DNA of 64,000 bases from a virus (taxonomy: Duplodnaviria > Caudoviricetes). Below, piece after piece: positions 29,469 through 38,434 of the stretch (positions are counted from its first letter, which is position 1; the number at the start of each line of letters is the position of its first letter). The position numbers and the translations under genes were made by a program. The stretch lies in IMG/VR virus record IMGVR_UViG_3300033073_001109, positions 1 through 64,000 of that record; one strand, 5' to 3'. The notes below the pieces were generated by a model. It was given only the letters and a program-made list of their open reading frames with translations, did no database searches and was not told where the DNA came from.

Positions 29469-29860
29469 GAGCAAAAGAATTTGTCAGTGAAGCAAGATTT
29501 GGTGCAGCAAAAGATGTACCTGCTATGGCATCTAAACTGCCTAAGTCGCATCGATCTGCTCTCAAAGGTGCCATTTCTATGCCTGATATTTCGCAGACCA
29601 AGCAAGGCGGTAGTCCTTACACACAGTGGCGTTTTGGTATTGCTATGGCAGGTGCTCCGGACTATCCCACAGAACCTGCGGGTGCGTTTGCAGGAGATCC
29701 ACTATTGGCTACTTACACAGATGTTGATTTGGATATTATCAATGCTGCGGCAAAAAATGTCGGAGCCGGCCTAGTTAAAAAGATAACAGACAATCGCAGT
29801 ACCGAAGCAGAGTACGTAAACAAGTCAAGTCCTGTTCGGGGATTCCGGGGGTTCAAATGA
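29465..29860 (+). CDS. Small paralogue 2
   Basis: MRAKEFVSE N-terminus; EAEYVNKSSPVRGFRGFK C-terminus. Confidence 0.75.
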   Translation: MRAKEFVSEARFGAAKDVPAMASKLPKSHRSALKGAISMPDISQTKQGGSPYTQWRFGIAMAGAPDYPTEPAGAFAGDPLLATYTDVDLDIINAAAKNVGAGLVKKITDNRSTEAEYVNKSSPVRGFRGFK

Positions 29861-30240
29861 GAGCACGAGAATTTATTAGAGAACAACGAGAATTGCCCCC
29901 TGAAACTAAAGAGCCCATGCGTTATACGTTTACGCTACCAGGATTAAGCTCGGCTGACCCATATAAAACTTATAGAATGGGGGTTGCTTTGGCCCGTGCT
30001 AGGAGCAATGCACAAAAAGACAATGTCAATCCATATATACCTGAGTGGTCAGCCGAAACTGCATTTGGAGAACACGCTGTGGTGGCAGGAATGAATGCAG
30101 GTATCGAACAACTGATAGACACAGCATTGGCAATGACAGACACTCCGGGCGGCAAACAAATTGTTTCAACACCCAAAAGTCAAGAACCCGAGTTCGTAGT
30201 TACGCAAAGTCCGGTCAAAGGCTTCAAAGGATATAGATAA
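29857..30240 (+). CDS. Small paralogue 3
   Basis: MRAREFIRE N-terminus; EPEFVVTQSPVKGFKGYR C-terminus. Confidence 0.75.
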   Translation: MRAREFIREQRELPPETKEPMRYTFTLPGLSSADPYKTYRMGVALARARSNAQKDNVNPYIPEWSAETAFGEHAVVAGMNAGIEQLIDTALAMTDTPGGKQIVSTPKSQEPEFVVTQSPVKGFKGYR

Positions 30241-31826
30241 TGGCCTACCCCCAACCAACAGAAGTAGCACCGTGGTATTTACGGAATATCACCCAGGCCC
30301 TTGAGCTCGATCAAGCCACAGGCAATGTATTTGTTAGAACCAATGCCGCTGTTATTGGAAACATATCAGTGGGCAACGTGGCCATTGGTAGTTTGGGCAA
30401 CGTTGACTTAACTGGCAATACCTTACCAGTTACCGTGGTAGGAAATATCACAGGCATCACAGGCAACATAGCAGGCATCACAGGCAATGTTACTGTGAAT
30501 CCCATAACAGGCAATGTTGGTATTGTTGGCAATGTCAACGTCACACAAGGAACAAGCCCTTGGGTAGTATCGGGCAATGTTACCGCCACACTAAACGGTG
30601 ATGCCAATGTTGTTATTTCGGGATTCAGCGGAGCAACATCAGACGCATTTGGTCGACTGCGTGTATCAAATCCTTACACACTGTTTGATACACAAGCTCG
30701 CTATTTCGATCATGGTCAATTTGCCAGCAATGTTACAGGTACCGGCAATGTGGTATATGTGCAAAATCAAAGTTCGTATCAACTCAATGTGGGCACAGCA
30801 TCTGGTGATTCAGTATTAAGAGAAACGCTAAAGCCATTTCCTTATCAGCCAGGCAAGAGTCAACTTACACTGAATACATTCTGCATGAACACACCCAAAA
30901 CCAATCTACGTCAACGTGTGGGTTTGTTTGATGCCAACGATGGCGTGTTCTTTGAAAACGACGGGACCTACAACTACTTTGTGATACGTTCGGGATCCAC
31001 TGGTTTAGAGGAACGTGTGCGCCAAGACGCTTGGAATGGTGACCAACTCACTGGCGCAGGCGGCGCGACTAATCCATCTGGCATCACACTATACCCACAA
31101 CGCACACAGATTATGTTTGCTGATGTAGAGTGGCTAGGTGTAGGAACGGTTCGTGTTGGATTTGTAATCAATGGCGCTTATATTATTTGCCATTCTTTCA
31201 ATCATGCTAACCAATCAGGCAATACCAAGGTCTACATGACCACAGCCAGTTTGCCCATACGCTATGAAATAACTAATACAGGAACTGTAGCCAGTGTCAG
31301 CATGATGACACAGATTTGTAGTAGTGTGATTTCTGAGGGTGGATTTCAACTGGCAGGCTCTGGCAACCCTCGCGCTGCCAGTCACGCCATAGGCACACCA
31401 GTGCGATTGCCCAACGACCAAAGTTTTAAACCAGTCATAGCCATAAGATTAAAAAGCACCAATCTCAATGCTGTGGTCATACCCATAAACTACAGCCTAG
31501 TGCCAACAGCACAAAGTGTGTTTCAATTTCGCGTTTACAAGAAAGCCATTACATCAGGCGGTTCTTGGGTAGACTCGGCTGCAGACAGTTCAGTTCAATA
31601 TAATCTTGCCCCTACGACTCTTGTGTCAGGTGATATTGCAGAGCAATCATTTATTAACTCAAGCAATCAAACTGCTGGTGCTCCTACTCAAGAAGCATTT
31701 GGATTTGAATATCAGTTAGAGCGAGAACCATTTACTGGCACGCCCTATGAGTATGTGATTACCATGGCCACCACAGGCACCAACCAAGACGTATATGCCA
31801 GCATTGAATGGCAGGAGATAACATGA
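30240..31826 (+). CDS. Probable virion structural protein (DAFGRLRVS family)
   Basis: Short GNV/IT repeat stalk, then DAFGRLRVSNP.TLFD...YQPGKSQ...RVG.FD...WLGVG.VRVGF beta-rich domain seen in many phages. Confidence 0.6.
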   Translation: MAYPQPTEVAPWYLRNITQALELDQATGNVFVRTNAAVIGNISVGNVAIGSLGNVDLTGNTLPVTVVGNITGITGNIAGITGNVTVNPITGNVGIVGNVNVTQGTSPWVVSGNVTATLNGDANVVISGFSGATSDAFGRLRVSNPYTLFDTQARYFDHGQFASNVTGTGNVVYVQNQSSYQLNVGTASGDSVLRETLKPFPYQPGKSQLTLNTFCMNTPKTNLRQRVGLFDANDGVFFENDGTYNYFVIRSGSTGLEERVRQDAWNGDQLTGAGGATNPSGITLYPQRTQIMFADVEWLGVGTVRVGFVINGAYIICHSFNHANQSGNTKVYMTTASLPIRYEITNTGTVASVSMMTQICSSVISEGGFQLAGSGNPRAASHAIGTPVRLPNDQSFKPVIAIRLKSTNLNAVVIPINYSLVPTAQSVFQFRVYKKAITSGGSWVDSAADSSVQYNLAPTTLVSGDIAEQSFINSSNQTAGAPTQEAFGFEYQLEREPFTGTPYEYVITMATTGTNQDVYASIEWQEIT

Positions 31827-32536
31827 TGAAAAAGTTATTGGTAGTATTGTTGTTTTTGCCGCTGGCGGCACTGGCACAGATCGCACAACGCTGTCCACAG
31901 TTTACTCCTTACGGTACAGGCCCTGCTTATCAAGCACAACCTGGCGATCAGGAGATTTGTAAGGCCAACTATGCTGTGATACATCGTTGTAGTGTAAAAG
32001 CACCTGTGGCAGTGTTCGAACATTTGACTGTGCAATCAATGACTGGCCAATCAAAGCGTAGAGACAACTTTAGACCAGATCCCGAAGTACATGAACAATG
32101 TCGTGCCACCTTACAAGACTATGCTGTGGTAGGACGCACACACGACCGTGGGCACCTAAGCCCTGCGGCCAACAATACACAAAACGACCAGACCATGTCA
32201 GATAGTTTTTATCTGTCAAACATGATCGCCCAAGTTGCTAATAACAATCGCGGTATTTGGAAACAACTTGAAACTTGGGAACGCGATTGGGCAATGAAAG
32301 GGGGTGATTTTTATATTGTGTCAGGCGGCATTTTTGCTGCTGGTTATCAAACTGTGGGCAACGGTTTGGGTATACCCACACACATATACAAAATCATCTA
32401 TGAAAAGAACAGCCGTCAACTCATGGCTTGGCTCATGCCTAACTCGGCCTTGCCGGTGGCAGACTTGCCCAAATATCAAGTGCCACTAGCCACAGTGGAA
32501 CAGGCCACAGGCATGCGTTTTAATTTTGGACAATGA
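31823..32536 (+). CDS. DNA/RNA non-specific endonuclease (NucA/EndG family) with signal peptide
   Basis: MMKKLLVVLLFLPLAALA signal; DRGHLSPA, F.LSNM.AQ...NNRG.W..LE and G..IP...YK motifs; AGGAGA SD. Confidence 0.9.
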   Translation: MMKKLLVVLLFLPLAALAQIAQRCPQFTPYGTGPAYQAQPGDQEICKANYAVIHRCSVKAPVAVFEHLTVQSMTGQSKRRDNFRPDPEVHEQCRATLQDYAVVGRTHDRGHLSPAANNTQNDQTMSDSFYLSNMIAQVANNNRGIWKQLETWERDWAMKGGDFYIVSGGIFAAGYQTVGNGLGIPTHIYKIIYEKNSRQLMAWLMPNSALPVADLPKYQVPLATVEQATGMRFNFGQ

Positions 32537-32757
32537 CCAAAGAAATAAAGTTCACCAGTGCCAATCTCAGTTACACTGATCCTGCTGAAGATTGTTACTT
32601 AGATCCATCTGATCCCATACATGCTGTGTACGGTCAAGGTATTTTAGGCACATTAAAACCTGCTGCCGAGCAACATTTTGAACTGCGAAATCGCGCACAA
32701 CAGCAAGGCATACGTCCCGGAACACCGGCTTGGTTTGCGTTGACCCAAACTCGATAA
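32533..32757 (+). CDS. Hypothetical protein
   Basis: 74 aa; ATGA overlap with the nuclease stop. Confidence 0.55.
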   Translation: MTKEIKFTSANLSYTDPAEDCYLDPSDPIHAVYGQGILGTLKPAAEQHFELRNRAQQQGIRPGTPAWFALTQTR

Positions 32758-32771
32758 GACTTAAATATTCC

Positions 32772-33914
32772 ATGGATAACTTTTATTGTGCTGCCCCCTG
32801 GCGCGGCCTGCATATCAATCCCCGTGGCGATGTAAAAACCTGCTGTGCAGGCAATCCTAATATGCTGGGAAATCTTAATTCAGCAAAGATTGAAGATGTG
32901 CTCAATAGCCCTAAGTTGCAAGAAATAAGACAAACAGTTGCTCGCGGTCAAAAACATCCTTATTGTTCTAACTGTCAAAGTGCTGAAGCCATGGGCGGGT
33001 CAAGTGAACGGTCCTGGCACAACAACCAAAACCCACAGTTTGATTACACCACTGCTGGGGATCGTTATCACTATCCGGTGATCATGGATGTACGTTGGAA
33101 TACCACGTGCAATTTGAGTTGCAACTATTGTAGCGAATGGGCCAGTTCAAAATGGTCAGCACTCAAAAGCATACCCTTCAAATCTGGTACCAGACCTTAC
33201 TATGATGCTGTATGTGACTTTGTGGAGCAACACCGTGAACACATACAGGAAGTTGCGCTGGTAGGCGGTGAACCACTGCTGCTTCCTGAAAACGAAAGAT
33301 TGTTGGATGTCATCCCTGAAAACGCTATTGTTACATTGATTACCAACATGGCAGTGGATTTTGAAAACAACAAAGTATTTCGTAAGATTGCTCAACGTCG
33401 TCGAGTTGGTTGGTCAATGAGTTTTGAAAACATAGCACAACGATACGAATATGTGCGCTATGGCGGAGACTGGCAATTGCTAAAACATAACTTGGAGATT
33501 ATAAATGACCTTAAGAAGAATCAAGGGCATTGGGGCGGCATTCATGCGGTTTATAACATCTACTCGGCAACTAGGCTTTGTGAGCTTTACCAGTTTGCGA
33601 AAGAAACTGAAACCAGTATACTATGGCAAAAATTGTTTGACCCGGATTGTCTTGATCCTTTCTTACACGGGCCTAAAGTTGCCCAATTGGCAATGGCTGA
33701 AATTGATCGCTTGGTTGCAATGGGACTCATTAGTAACCATGAACAGAATTTGTTTGCAACATCACGTCAGCGATTTAAAGAAATACAAAAGCCCAGCGTA
33801 GGCATTGAAGCACAATTCCGACAACACATTTCAAATATTGAAAGTAAATATCACACAAACAAGGCAGGCCAATTTGAACAACTGTGGCCTGAACTAGCGT
33901 TCTTATGCAAGTAA
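32772..33914 (+). CDS. Radical SAM protein with N-terminal SPASM/twitch-like Cys cluster
   Basis: CAAPW...GDVKTCC...CSNC; CNLSCNYC; GGEPLL; TAAATA 4 nt before ATG 32772. Confidence 0.85.
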   Translation: MDNFYCAAPWRGLHINPRGDVKTCCAGNPNMLGNLNSAKIEDVLNSPKLQEIRQTVARGQKHPYCSNCQSAEAMGGSSERSWHNNQNPQFDYTTAGDRYHYPVIMDVRWNTTCNLSCNYCSEWASSKWSALKSIPFKSGTRPYYDAVCDFVEQHREHIQEVALVGGEPLLLPENERLLDVIPENAIVTLITNMAVDFENNKVFRKIAQRRRVGWSMSFENIAQRYEYVRYGGDWQLLKHNLEIINDLKKNQGHWGGIHAVYNIYSATRLCELYQFAKETETSILWQKLFDPDCLDPFLHGPKVAQLAMAEIDRLVAMGLISNHEQNLFATSRQRFKEIQKPSVGIEAQFRQHISNIESKYHTNKAGQFEQLWPELAFLCK

Positions 33915-35491
33915 AAAGTCATTTAGAGACAGTGCTGGTCAAAGCACCGCACAGAAAACAAACCTACACTGAGCAAGAGTTAGAAGATTTTGCTCGATGT
34001 GCTGATCCTGTGGACGGGCCCATGTACTTCATGGACAACTTCTTCTACATACAGCACCCCACACGCGGCAAAATGCTATACCACCCGTTTGAATACCAGC
34101 GAAGATTGATTGAGAACTATCACACAAATCGTTTTTCAATATCGTTGATGCCTCGACAAACAGGTAAATCGACGTCGGCTGCTGGATATTTGTTATGGTA
34201 TGCTATGTTTATACCAGACTCTACTATTCTTATTGCGGCACACAAGTATCTTGGTGCACAGGAAATCATGCAACGTATTCGTTATGCATACGAACTGTGT
34301 CCCAACCACATACGAGCAGGTGCTACTAGTTACAACAAAGGCTCAATAGAGTTTGAAAACGGTAGTCGTATTGTAAGTCAAACCACAACTGAAAACACTG
34401 GTCGTGGTATGTCTATCACGCTCCTATACTTGGACGAGTTTGCGTTCGTAAGACCCACTATTGCGTCAGAGTTTTGGACTTCTATTACTCCTACGCTGAG
34501 TACCGGTGGTAAGGCCATTATCACTAGTACCCCAAACTCCGACGAAGATCAGTTTGCGTTGATTTGGAAAGGTGCTAACAAAACAGAAGATGAATACGGC
34601 AATCCTCGTCCAGGCGGAGTTGGTATCAACGGATTCAAAGCATACAGAGCATATTGGCGAGAGCATCCTGATCGTGATGATACGTGGGCAGAAGAACAAC
34701 GGGCACAGTTAGGTGAAGAACGTTTTCGACGAGAAATGGACTGTGAGTTTGTTATCAATGACGAAACTTTGATAAGTCCGATTAAATTACTAGAACTTGA
34801 AGGCTCAGATCCTATTCGCAAAACTGGACAGATACGTTGGTATAGGCCCATACGCAAAGATGGAATATATGTTGTGAGCCTTGATCCTAGTTTGGGTACT
34901 GGCGGTGATCCTGCAGCCATACAAGTTTTTGAAGCCGATACCACAGAACAAGTGGCCGAGTGGAAACACAACAAAACAGACATCCCCACACAGGTCAAGC
35001 TCATGGCAGATATTGTAAAAGAGATACATGACATTACTAAAAACGACAAAACTATATACTACAGCATTGAAAACAACACCCTAGGCGAGGCGGCTCTGAT
35101 TAGTATCAACGAATACGGAGAAGAAAATATTCGAGGGTATTTCTTAAGCGACAATTCCATAGTTAATTCAGTGGGACGCAGGTTTCGCAAAGGGTTTACG
35201 ACCACAAACAAAAGCAAACTAACTGCCTGCGCTAAGTTTAAAATACTGGTTGAAAGTGGGCGTATGAAGTTGCATTCACGTTCTTTGATCAGCGAACTAA
35301 AGAACTTTGTAGCAATAGGCAGTAGCTACGAAGCAAAACTTGGGGAAACTGACGATCTTGTAATGGCGACTTTGTTAAGTGTGCGCATGATGATTTTGCT
35401 ACAGAGCTACCACACTGAACTAGACGGGCATTTGCGCGATCATACAGACAACATAATTGATCCCATGCCTTTCATCAGTGTAATGCGCTAA
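33905..35491 (+). CDS. gp17: Terminase large subunit
   Basis: PRQTGKST Walker A; LYLDEFAF Walker B; STPN coupling motif; SLDP RNase H domain; DDLVMA. Confidence 0.95.
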   Translation: MQVKSHLETVLVKAPHRKQTYTEQELEDFARCADPVDGPMYFMDNFFYIQHPTRGKMLYHPFEYQRRLIENYHTNRFSISLMPRQTGKSTSAAGYLLWYAMFIPDSTILIAAHKYLGAQEIMQRIRYAYELCPNHIRAGATSYNKGSIEFENGSRIVSQTTTENTGRGMSITLLYLDEFAFVRPTIASEFWTSITPTLSTGGKAIITSTPNSDEDQFALIWKGANKTEDEYGNPRPGGVGINGFKAYRAYWREHPDRDDTWAEEQRAQLGEERFRREMDCEFVINDETLISPIKLLELEGSDPIRKTGQIRWYRPIRKDGIYVVSLDPSLGTGGDPAAIQVFEADTTEQVAEWKHNKTDIPTQVKLMADIVKEIHDITKNDKTIYYSIENNTLGEAALISINEYGEENIRGYFLSDNSIVNSVGRRFRKGFTTTNKSKLTACAKFKILVESGRMKLHSRSLISELKNFVAIGSSYEAKLGETDDLVMATLLSVRMMILLQSYHTELDGHLRDHTDNIIDPMPFISVMR

Positions 35492-35499
35492 ATAATGCT

Positions 35500-37248
35500 A
35501 TGGCAACTACAGAAACAATTTCACAAGATCTGTATGATTTTTTGGTAACAAAAAACTTTGATCCTGAGCCTTTGGACGCCAAAGGCAATCCTTCCGACGC
35601 AGAAGATGCAAAAGTTTTCAGTTTTGATTATGTCAGCACTTCGGGCAAAAATTACGGCACTGGCGTGATCGTAATTGCCGATCCCGGCGATGTTAAATTC
35701 TTCTACGGGGACAACCTGGGTCGCAGTATGGAAGAACCAGACAAATCAGAATGGTTCAAGTTTTTGGAAGAACTCAGCGATTTCGCTACTCAACATCGGC
35801 ATGATTGGACACCCAGCGATATCAGCAAACTCAAGTATACCATGGCCGGCATTGCTGCCATTAAGGAAGGTTTGTTTGAAGGTTATTACGGTACTCGCAA
35901 AGTCAGTTACATGGGCGAGCAAACTGAAGCACGACTGGTAATCAAGCACAATCGTGTGCTAGGTGAAAATGACAAACGCTATCGTTATGTAGAAAGTCTG
36001 TTTATTGAAACAGCCGACAGCGAACGTTTTAAACTGCCATTTAAGAATCTCAGTGGCGGCCGTGCCATGTTAGAGCATGTACGTCAGGGCGGTAAGCCTT
36101 ATGATGTGCGCGGCAATCACATTGCACAATTGGTCACAGAAGCAGCCACTTTGGCTCGTTTCAATCGTGCCAGCCAGCATAGAATCTTAGAAGGTTCTAC
36201 AAAACAACTAGCCGAGCAAGCAGCACAATATTATCAACAAGTGCGTGAAACCATCCAGCATTTGAGCACTGGTCGCGGCTATACAAAATACTTTGAGTCT
36301 TGGAGCCCAGTAGACGTTGCTCCGCAGGAAGGCCTAGTGGAAGATATCAAGACTCTGTTTATTGAACAAACCTTGGACACAAGGATAGAACAGGCATTGC
36401 CTATATTGGCTCGCCTTCAACAACAAGGAAATGACATGAAAGAAGCACAAATATTTGAAAGTTGGATCGAGCAATTATCCGAAGGTACTTGGGCATTGCC
36501 AGAAACTCCCGAACAACAGGCTCAGTTACGCGAACTAATGAGCAAGCCGCTAGCAGCCGGGCCCAACGGTAGTTATGCCACCGAAGAACTCTACGACCTA
36601 GTAGGCGATGATCAGTTGTTCGATATCATTACCGAAATGGCCAAACAAAATCCTGATGCTAATATCTGGGAAGACACCGATGTACAACGTAGACTGGAAG
36701 AGTTAGGCGTGTACATGGTTAATCCAGAAACACCAGAAGAGCCTTCTACACCTGAAACTGGGTCTGTAACAGAAAGTATAATGATAGATGAATCGGGAAA
36801 TACTTGGGATCACTTGTTGGATAGATTTAAGCACGAAGTTCAAAATTTCCGAAACGGTGAAGAATTAGACAGCGATTTGTATGATGCATTGTTTGACTAC
36901 TATAGTCAGCATGGTGTAATGCCATACGGTGTGGCCAAAGCACGCACTGGGGATCCATTTAACTGGGTAAGCCATCGTTTAGCACAAGACCTTAAGATTG
37001 ACGAAGCAGACAACATAGCTCATTTTGTTGAAGAAGGCAGTTGCAATCACACCATGGAAGGTGAATACTGTCCCGAACACGGACTTGCTGAATGTGGATA
37101 CATAGAAACAACCACAGCCGGAGGGATGGCTCCTGTTATGGGCGAAGCCGATGACCCTATTAATTACAATGCCGCAATGACCGGTTCATACTATGAGTCA
37201 AAGCAAGATGAATTGACCAGAATGAAAAAATTAGCTTTGGGCAAGTAA
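35500..37248 (+). CDS. Hypothetical protein (582 aa), possibly virion-associated
   Basis: TAAATA 5 nt upstream; C-terminal acidic modules, CNHT..G..CPEHG..EC motif and DELTRMKKLA. Confidence 0.7.
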   Translation: MATTETISQDLYDFLVTKNFDPEPLDAKGNPSDAEDAKVFSFDYVSTSGKNYGTGVIVIADPGDVKFFYGDNLGRSMEEPDKSEWFKFLEELSDFATQHRHDWTPSDISKLKYTMAGIAAIKEGLFEGYYGTRKVSYMGEQTEARLVIKHNRVLGENDKRYRYVESLFIETADSERFKLPFKNLSGGRAMLEHVRQGGKPYDVRGNHIAQLVTEAATLARFNRASQHRILEGSTKQLAEQAAQYYQQVRETIQHLSTGRGYTKYFESWSPVDVAPQEGLVEDIKTLFIEQTLDTRIEQALPILARLQQQGNDMKEAQIFESWIEQLSEGTWALPETPEQQAQLRELMSKPLAAGPNGSYATEELYDLVGDDQLFDIITEMAKQNPDANIWEDTDVQRRLEELGVYMVNPETPEEPSTPETGSVTESIMIDESGNTWDHLLDRFKHEVQNFRNGEELDSDLYDALFDYYSQHGVMPYGVAKARTGDPFNWVSHRLAQDLKIDEADNIAHFVEEGSCNHTMEGEYCPEHGLAECGYIETTTAGGMAPVMGEADDPINYNAAMTGSYYESKQDELTRMKKLALGK

Positions 37249-37250
37249 GA

Positions 37251-37312
37251 TATAAATACACTTGACACAAGTGTACGAAAGCGCATATACTACTCTTGTG
37301 TATGCGCTTTTT
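37251..37312 (+). promoter_or_regulatory. Late promoter, sigma70 promoter and overlapping terminator-like hairpin upstream of gp32
   Basis: TATAAATA 37251-58; TTGACA 37262 N18 TATACT; 13-bp stem 37278-90/37298-310 ending in a T run. Confidence 0.65.
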
Positions 37313-37392
37313 CATTTGTTGTCACAGGCAACTTAGATCTAAATTTTTAGATAGGCAACACAACATAGGCAACTTTATAAGGAGAAAATACT

Positions 37393-38403
37393 ATGGCATC
37401 TTTAGCAGAAATTCGAGCACGACTACAGGCAGCAGAGAACAAACAAGGCGGAAACTCTACAGGCGGTGATCGATCAATCTATCCGCACTGGAACATGGAA
37501 GAAGGTCAATCCTGCACAATCCGTTTTCTTCCAGACGGCAACTCCAAAAACACATTTTTCTGGCAAGAACGAGCAATGATTCGTTTGCCTTTCGCTGGTA
37601 TCAAAGGCGAAATGGAATCCAAACAAGTTATGGTTCAGGTTCCTTGTGTGGAAATGTGGGGTGAGGCTTGCCCGATCTTGGCAGAAGTACGCACTTGGTT
37701 CAAAGACAAGAGCCTTGAAGAAATGGGTCGTAAGTACTGGAAAAAGCGCAGTTACATCATGCAAGGTTTTGTTCGTGAAAACCCTATTTCAGACGACACT
37801 ACACCCGAGAATCCAATCCGTAAATTTATCATTGGCCCTCAGTTGTTCGCAACTATCAAGGCAGTGTTGATGGATCCCGAAACAGAAGAACTGCCAACCG
37901 ACTATCTGCGTGGCTTAGACTTCCGTATTACCAAGACCTCCAAAGGCGGTTACGCTGATTATTCCACTTCTAAGTGGGCTCGCAAAGAGTCAGCACTCAC
38001 AGAAGCCGAACAAGCCGCTGTGGAAGCACACAGTCTGTTTGACTTGAGCAGTTTCTTACCCAAGAAGCCTGGCGAAGTCGAACTCAAAGTGATCAAAGAG
38101 ATGTTTGAAGCATCAGTTGATGGTCAACCGTATGACACAGAGCGTTGGGGTCAGTACTTCCGTCCAGCCGGTGTTCAAGCACCCGGCGGTAGCAACACCG
38201 CTGATCAAACAGATGAGGACGCACCTCGCACAGCAGCCAAGCCTGCCCCAGTTGTGAGCAAGCCTGCTGTTCAGGACGAAGATCCACCTTTTGACACTGA
38301 CGATGCACCTGTGGCAAGTGCTCCTGTGCAAGCGGCCAAACCTGGCGGCCAAAATGCACAAGACATTCTTGCAATGATTCGTGCAAGACAAAACAAGCAG
38401 TAA
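37393..38403 (+). CDS. gp32: Single-stranded DNA-binding protein
   Basis: IRFLPDG..KNTFFW, VPC.EM.GE.CP, YWKKRSYI.QGFV, GLDF.I.K..KGGYADYS.S.W; acidic/Pro-rich tail; AAGGAG SD. Confidence 0.9.
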   Translation: MASLAEIRARLQAAENKQGGNSTGGDRSIYPHWNMEEGQSCTIRFLPDGNSKNTFFWQERAMIRLPFAGIKGEMESKQVMVQVPCVEMWGEACPILAEVRTWFKDKSLEEMGRKYWKKRSYIMQGFVRENPISDDTTPENPIRKFIIGPQLFATIKAVLMDPETEELPTDYLRGLDFRITKTSKGGYADYSTSKWARKESALTEAEQAAVEAHSLFDLSSFLPKKPGEVELKVIKEMFEASVDGQPYDTERWGQYFRPAGVQAPGGSNTADQTDEDAPRTAAKPAPVVSKPAVQDEDPPFDTDDAPVASAPVQAAKPGGQNAQDILAMIRARQNKQ

Positions 38404-38407
38404 TGAT

Positions 38408-38429
38408 ATCAAGGCCTTTGGGCCTTGAT
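38408..38429 (+). other. 9-bp RNA hairpin without a U-tract
   Basis: ATCAAGGCC-TTTG-GGCCTTGAT between gp32 and the next ORF. Confidence 0.65.
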
Positions 38430-38434
38430 CCTGT

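Noticed and set aside
38408-38429. Hairpin after gp32 as a terminator
   Set aside because: No U-tract on either strand; more likely a stability or processing element, with uvsX co-transcribed
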